Positions 58,696 through 64,000 of a DNA stretch of 64,000 nucleotides are shown in pieces (position 1 is the stretch's first letter; every line of letters starts with the position of its first letter). Source of the DNA: Candidatus Enterousia sp. Its GTDB lineage: Bacteria > Pseudomonadota > Alphaproteobacteria > Rs-D84. The DNA is taken from assembly GCA_045613925.1 (NCBI GenBank), contig JAZLBV010000014.1, forward strand, positions 36,155 to 100,154, in the 5' to 3' direction. The position numbers and the translations under genes are program-made. The notes under the pieces were generated by a model that worked only from the letters and a program-made list of their open reading frames with translations, was not told the DNA's origin and searched no databases.

Positions 58696-59363
58696 TAATC
58701 CAAGAAAAATCTTATTTTATCAGACAATTCAGGACGTACAGATTCAACCAGACGAATCGCCTGGTCTATACGATCAAAATTATTTTTCAAAATAAAATGT
58801 AAATCACCATCAAAATCCCATTTTTGCAACATACCATAAATACGCCCAATAAAATCAGACCTATTTCCCATATCTTCATCCAAAGAAATTCCAAACACAC
58901 TGGCCTGAACAGCGCGTAATTTTTGGAATATCAATTCCCAATTATTAATATCAATATCCTGAATATCCATCATTATACACAAATCGTGTCCAAAAAATAA
59001 ATCATCTCTTATAACAGACAACATTTCTAGAAAGCGTTCAAAATCACGCATTTTTAAAAAGATTTGAACCCCGCCCGCCCCACGTTTATAAACATTAACA
59101 ATATTTTCTGATAAAACAGAAACATCTTTATCCATATTCTTATTAATAGGCTCAAAATAATAACGCGTTAAAATCTTTACATTGTGTTTTTCTAAATACG
59201 TCCACAACACAGAAACAATCCCAGGCGGCGCAGAAATCAAAGAAATTTTATTTTCAATAATACTATCCGCCAAAACAGCCAAATCATTAGTATCTTCTGC
59301 TGCACCACACCAAAGGGCAACACGTACATCCGAATCGGAAAAAATCTCGTTTACTTCAATCAT
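58692..59363 (-). CDS. Hypothetical protein
   Basis: 223-aa ORF with GGA RBS; no recognisable motif. Confidence 0.7.
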   Translation of the reverse strand: MIEVNEIFSDSDVRVALWCGAAEDTNDLAVLADSIIENKISLISAPPGIVSVLWTYLEKHNVKILTRYYFEPINKNMDKDVSVLSENIVNVYKRGAGGVQIFLKMRDFERFLEMLSVIRDDLFFGHDLCIMMDIQDIDINNWELIFQKLRAVQASVFGISLDEDMGNRSDFIGRIYGMLQKWDFDGDLHFILKNNFDRIDQAIRLVESVRPELSDKIRFFLDY

Positions 59364-59405
59364 TTATTTCCAGTTTATCACAAAATATGATACAATGAAA
59401 ACGAA

Positions 59406-60407
59406 ATGAAAAAACAATTTGAACATTTTTTATTATCTATATTGGTCGGGATGTCAGTTTTACTGGGACTGACCTTTTGGTTAAACATAAAATTTGGTTT
59501 TAATCTACTATCCAGGGCACATTGGCACGAATTATCTGTTCTTCAGGCATCAAATGTAAATATTGATAAAAACTTCTATGTTTCAATTGGCATTGCAATT
59601 GCTATATTCATAATGGGATTATACATAATATATCACCCAAGGTTCAGGAAAATACCAATGCCAAAACCACAAAAAATTGAAAATCATCAATTACCTGCTA
59701 TTATACCAGATGAAAACAACAGAAATACACAAATAGTTCCATTAGAAGACCAGAAAAAATTGAAAAACATCGAACAACAACCCGTACCAAATCCAGAACA
59801 AAAACCAAAGTTTGAACCAATAATAACCCAACAACCTTTGATGGTACAACAAACACAAAAGATTGAAAAAACTATGCCACAAGATACAAATTTATCACGA
59901 CCACCAAAATTAAATTTACCAAAGAATATGGCACAAATTGTTGCCAATCAACATAACATACAAATGATAAATCAAAACAAAGAAGAAGCAACCACCAGAT
60001 TCGACAGTGAATTATCAGAAATATTTTCTAATTGTGCATATCTTGTAAAAAAGAACTATACGATTGCAGGATTAAGAACAAATTTATTTGCGATCGGGAA
60101 CAAAGAACTTGTATGGGTTGGCTGTGTTGATTGCGACATAAACAAGATGCAAAACCTTGTAAATAAATTAAAAGAAACATTTAAACAAACGATTCCGGAC
60201 ATTCCAATAACTGTATATTCGTTTATATTAGATACTAAGAAAATATATGAATCTGACCCAGAGATATTTATATTCCACGATATAGAAGCTGTCCGTAAGT
60301 TTATATTTGAAAACCAAGGCACCGATATCGCCCCAGAATTCCAGGAAGATTTTGATGCATATTCAGAATACATAGATACCGTATTGACATTATTGTCGAA
60401 CCAGTAA
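59406..60407 (+). CDS. Membrane-anchored hypothetical protein
   Basis: Two TM helices, Gln/Pro-rich linker, globular C-domain. Confidence 0.7.
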   Translation: MKKQFEHFLLSILVGMSVLLGLTFWLNIKFGFNLLSRAHWHELSVLQASNVNIDKNFYVSIGIAIAIFIMGLYIIYHPRFRKIPMPKPQKIENHQLPAIIPDENNRNTQIVPLEDQKKLKNIEQQPVPNPEQKPKFEPIITQQPLMVQQTQKIEKTMPQDTNLSRPPKLNLPKNMAQIVANQHNIQMINQNKEEATTRFDSELSEIFSNCAYLVKKNYTIAGLRTNLFAIGNKELVWVGCVDCDINKMQNLVNKLKETFKQTIPDIPITVYSFILDTKKIYESDPEIFIFHDIEAVRKFIFENQGTDIAPEFQEDFDAYSEYIDTVLTLLSNQ

Positions 60408-60427
60408 AAATAGGACAACACTAAAAA

Positions 60428-60934
60428 ATGCAACTAAACAAAGAATCAGCAATGGAACGTTTGGCATCTTTGGGAATGGATGATATGCCGGTCATAGAAT
60501 GTACCCCCCAACGTTGCATTATTGATAATGATTGGTTTAAAAAATATTCTATGTTGCGCCGGCAATTTTTGGAATCACTTACAGATTCTTTTGAAGAAAT
60601 AGCATTTATGAATTTATCGCAAAATGAATTTATGAATCTTATCACTGGAAAAGCTATGCTTGAAAACACATCTTTAAGATTCAGAATTCCATTAATCTGG
60701 GGTGGAAAATTAAGCATTGATAATATGTTTATGTGTTTAACTTTCCCGCATTCACAAAATCTTGACAGATTTATAATTGAACAAAGCGATGCCAGAACTA
60801 TATTTTTACCAAATCCTGCAAAAAAAATTTACGTCACAACACATCTTGCAGGTGGTGGCACCGGCGGAAATACTGCGTCAGACAGATTAACTATGGCGGC
60901 TATAAATTTAACAAATGGGCGTGGAAACGAATAA
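60428..60934 (+). CDS. Hypothetical protein with a degenerate HNH-like segment
   Basis: AGGA RBS; RIPLIWGG...DNMFMC...PH. Confidence 0.65.
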   Translation: MQLNKESAMERLASLGMDDMPVIECTPQRCIIDNDWFKKYSMLRRQFLESLTDSFEEIAFMNLSQNEFMNLITGKAMLENTSLRFRIPLIWGGKLSIDNMFMCLTFPHSQNLDRFIIEQSDARTIFLPNPAKKIYVTTHLAGGGTGGNTASDRLTMAAINLTNGRGNE

Positions 60935-60935
60935 A

Positions 60936-61376
60936 ATGACAACAAAAGAATTTTTATCTTTAATGGAATCTCGTGGTGCAAAAATAACACCTCCTACGAC
61001 ATCTACATCCCAAGCTGTGAAAATGGCAAATATAAATTTACAAGAAATCCGTGCTGCAATGCTGCCATCGTTTTTAATAGATTTGTATTATTCATCTTTT
61101 GGAATAACATTGGGGTCTGCCTGTATATTCGGGCCAACAGAAATAGAACGCGGTATAAAATATCCTATACCATCAATTGTAGATATAAATAAAACCATTT
61201 CCGGCCATAAAAATTTATTTGGAAAAACAGTATTTGGACGCAATGACCTGTTTTGGTTTGCCACAGATGCATTGGGAAAATGTTTTATGCTGGATAATTT
61301 GACATTGGCAACACTTCGCACATACGACGATCCTTTTAAAGCGATGAACGATTGCTTAATAGTTGGAAAAATATAA
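60936..61376 (+). CDS. SMI1/KNR4 (SUKH)-like protein
   Basis: LPSFLIDLY...G, IFGP, VFG, terminal YDDPFKAM pattern. Confidence 0.55.
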   Translation: MTTKEFLSLMESRGAKITPPTTSTSQAVKMANINLQEIRAAMLPSFLIDLYYSSFGITLGSACIFGPTEIERGIKYPIPSIVDINKTISGHKNLFGKTVFGRNDLFWFATDALGKCFMLDNLTLATLRTYDDPFKAMNDCLIVGKI

Positions 61377-61378
61377 AA

Positions 61379-61591
61379 ATGCAAAAAATATCTATATCTT
61401 TATCTGGTCATCAAACAAGCATTTCTTTGGAACAAGAATTTTTTGATGTCTTGCAACACATAGCCACCCAACGTAATATTTCAATTGCATCAATAATAAA
61501 ATCTATCGACGACAATCGAAAACCCGGTACTAATCTTTCATCTGAAACGCGGATATGGATATTGAAAGAACTATTGAAAACATCAAAATAA
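61379..61591 (+). CDS. Ribbon-helix-helix domain protein (RHH_4)
   Basis: SISLSGHQTSISLEQEFFDVL...NLSSETRIW. Confidence 0.85.
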   Translation: MQKISISLSGHQTSISLEQEFFDVLQHIATQRNISIASIIKSIDDNRKPGTNLSSETRIWILKELLKTSK

Positions 61592-63554
61592 AGATCATCC
61601 ATAAATCACGTCCGATGATTCTATACGGCGTAATATGTGCCCCCCAAACAAATCCATCTAAACTACCGCTCTGTCCTACGGGCAACATAGATTCTATATT
61701 TCCGTCAACTGCAACAAAGGCACTTATTCCTGAATAATTGGCACGAACAACTGGAACCCCGGATTCAATAGCATACCGACGTACCATATCTAAATGTTGA
61801 TATACCCCCGGTGTTAATCCGAACCAAGTATCATTAGTTATGTTTATAATCGCATCTGGTGTTTGCCCACGTGGAACAAGTGAATCTGAAAAAATAATTT
61901 CATAACAAATTGCAGGCGCAACAACAAAATTACCATATTGCGTGTTTATATCTATTACTCTGGCACCTTGTCCAGGGGTTAATTGTCCAGGCGTTGGGAT
62001 AATATCGCCAAACGGCCTGTATTCCCCAAACGGTACAAGATGGGATTTACTATATAAAAACTTTATTTCACCTAATTTATCAGCCACCACCATAGAATTA
62101 TAATCTTTGCCATCTTTATAAGAATTAGCCCCCATAATAACATTTGTGTTTAATATTCGAGCCAAAGGAAACCTATCATCAGTGATAATATATGGATATG
62201 AAGTTTCCGGAAACACAATTAAATCAGGTTGTCCCGATTTATCTTCAGTAGCCCACACAAACAAATCACGAATTTTCTGTTGTGCTATTTTTTGTGCTTC
62301 ATCCCTGGTCTTTGGCATTTTGTATACGGCGTTTTGTGCGGGCTGCACAATTCTTATTAACGGCAAATCATCTGGATTAAAAGCATCTGATACCTTCATA
62401 TTATGATAACCATAACCACACCCAACAAGAAACAAAACAACATACAAACAAAAAACAAACCAACACGATTTGCATCTTTTATTGTACAAAGATTCAACAA
62501 AACTGGCAATCAATCCAATTATTACAAAAGACAAACCCAACGCCCCCCACAAAGACATAGAATTTGCAATCATAGAATAATTAATTGTTATATTAGCTAT
62601 TGGATTCCAGGGAAATCCCGTAAAAATCCATTCACGCAACCACAACACAAGCGTCCAAATAGTGGCAAACAAAATCGGCCTATACGACGGTTTTCTTGAC
62701 ACATAACGAATAACAGCAAATGGTATAGATAATATAACACCACAAATTAAACCTATACCTATTAATGCAGGTACGGTCCAAATTGCAAATTGTTTTGCCA
62801 ATTCTGGGATGACATAAATTGAATTCAAAACCCACCAAAACATAGCAATACCATAGAAAGCACCAAATGGAAAAACCGTTAACCACGATTTAAAAAATCC
62901 CAAATGTTTCTTTTGTTTCACAGTCAAATAGTATGCCCCACCAATACCAATTACTGACAATATCCATAAATAAAAAGGCGCAAAACCAAATGATGCAACA
63001 ACACCACACAGTGCATATAAAACATATTGCCAAACACCATTTTCTTTGATTTTTATCGATTTTAATTTTGTTATAAATCGTCCAGGACAACAACTTTCCG
63101 AATCACAAACAAAGCCAGCATCACTATCTTCTTCATACGGATTTTTATACCCCAGTTTTTTAAGTATTTGAATTTCTTTGGATTCCATAACTTTTGCCTG
63201 TGATTCGCTGATATGATCAAAACCCAACAAATGTAAAACACCATGAACAATCATATGGGCAGTATGTTCTGGCACACTTATTTTTGCTTGAACCGCTTCG
63301 CGTTTCACTGTATCCAAAGAGATAAAAATATCACCCAACAAAATATCATCCCCCAATTCAAAAGACAATACATTTGTTGGTTTATCTATACCACGATATT
63401 GTTTATTAAGCCTGTGAATTTCTTTGTCATCGACCAAAGTAATAGAAACTTCTGAATCTTTGTATACGCCAGAAACCGCCGCATTGGCAATTTTTTCAAA
63501 ATCAATTTTATATTTATTCCACTTTTTATTTTTTATATTTACGTAAACTTTCAT
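61530..63554 (-). CDS. Fusion of rRNA maturation RNase YbeY and apolipoprotein N-acyltransferase Lnt
   Basis: N-terminal YRGIDKPTNVLSF, LGDI, HGVLHLLGFDH; C-terminal TGFPW, FPE, KSHLVPFGEY, ICYE, TNDTWFG. Confidence 0.9.
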   Translation of the reverse strand: MKVYVNIKNKKWNKYKIDFEKIANAAVSGVYKDSEVSITLVDDKEIHRLNKQYRGIDKPTNVLSFELGDDILLGDIFISLDTVKREAVQAKISVPEHTAHMIVHGVLHLLGFDHISESQAKVMESKEIQILKKLGYKNPYEEDSDAGFVCDSESCCPGRFITKLKSIKIKENGVWQYVLYALCGVVASFGFAPFYLWILSVIGIGGAYYLTVKQKKHLGFFKSWLTVFPFGAFYGIAMFWWVLNSIYVIPELAKQFAIWTVPALIGIGLICGVILSIPFAVIRYVSRKPSYRPILFATIWTLVLWLREWIFTGFPWNPIANITINYSMIANSMSLWGALGLSFVIIGLIASFVESLYNKRCKSCWFVFCLYVVLFLVGCGYGYHNMKVSDAFNPDDLPLIRIVQPAQNAVYKMPKTRDEAQKIAQQKIRDLFVWATEDKSGQPDLIVFPETSYPYIITDDRFPLARILNTNVIMGANSYKDGKDYNSMVVADKLGEIKFLYSKSHLVPFGEYRPFGDIIPTPGQLTPGQGARVIDINTQYGNFVVAPAICYEIIFSDSLVPRGQTPDAIINITNDTWFGLTPGVYQHLDMVRRYAIESGVPVVRANYSGISAFVAVDGNIESMLPVGQSGSLDGFVWGAHITPYRIIGRDLWMIFILMFSIVLSISISAFQMKD

Positions 63555-63581
63555 ACCGCAATCCCCCCTATAAAATCAATT

Positions 63582-63938
63582 TTATTTTTTACCAAATCCG
63601 GTTTTTTTTGCTATCTTTGAACGCCTGGCCGCATAAGCTTGCGCAACAAAAGGATAATCCATTGGCAACCCCCATTTTTCACGGTACTGTTCTGGACTTA
63701 AATTAAATTTCCGTTTTATATAACGTTTAAGCATTACATGCCACGTACCATCTTCAAAACACTGAATAGCATCTGCTGTAATTGAATCGGAAATTTGTTG
63801 TGGCGTTAAAGACACACCACGCAATATTTCTGTTGCCTGATTTACGGCATCCCGCATAGACAATTTTGGATTTGCATTAATTGCTGCGGCCGCCAAATTA
63901 GCCACCGCTAATGCAAATTCAGAATTTTTATTTACCAA
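63582..63938 (-). CDS. MucR/Ros family transcriptional regulator
   Basis: CFEDG...LKRY...PEQYREKWGLPMDYP...RSKIAK; start uncertain (TTG 63938 after AGGA). Confidence 0.88.
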   Translation of the reverse strand: MVNKNSEFALAVANLAAAAINANPKLSMRDAVNQATEILRGVSLTPQQISDSITADAIQCFEDGTWHVMLKRYIKRKFNLSPEQYREKWGLPMDYPFVAQAYAARRSKIAKKTGFGKK

Positions 63939-64000
63939 CTTGATAATCCTTGTGTTATTTAATACAATAATTATATTATAAATAAACATAAAGTAAAATA

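Noticed and set aside
1-64000. CRISPR array, IS element, prophage or integrated element at the tRNAs
   Set aside because: No regularly spaced repeats, transposase, integrase or duplicated tRNA 3' ends were seen

Overview
AT-rich, compact alphaproteobacterial chromosome segment. Evidence for the lineage: MucR, RpoH, RHH_4, a CtrA-type box, gatCAB and alpha-type gene orders; the reduced gene set and GRSMVE-type pilin suggest a host-associated uncultured lineage such as Rs-D84/Ca. Enterousia, which is inference. Most of the window is housekeeping: dnaA, dprA, plsY, rpsT, suf genes, gatCAB, miaB, tatABC, lolA, recJ, ftsI/ftsL, trxA, dksA, thrS, rsmE, rpoH, der, gltX, trmB, a ybeY-lnt fusion, tRNA-Phe and tRNA-Lys. 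Interspersed are a type IVb-like pilus set (pilin, secretin, TcpQ), a lone VirD4-type coupling protein, and secreted proteins carrying coiled-coil plus glycine-zipper helices, two of which share a 183-aa module. The main finding is a family of three 180-230 nt structured leader RNAs (about 1015-1194, 6369-6595 and 53285-53495, all minus strand). Each has its own sigma70-type promoter, covarying helices and mutually exclusive terminator/antiterminator pairings. They match no riboswitch class I recognise and sit in front of the pilin and the secreted-protein genes, so they are a candidate new RNA-switch regulon for a pilus/secreted-effector system. A leaderless Thr-rich attenuator peptide also precedes thrS. 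No CRISPR, rRNA, IS element or prophage was seen. All RNA structures and alignments were read by eye.
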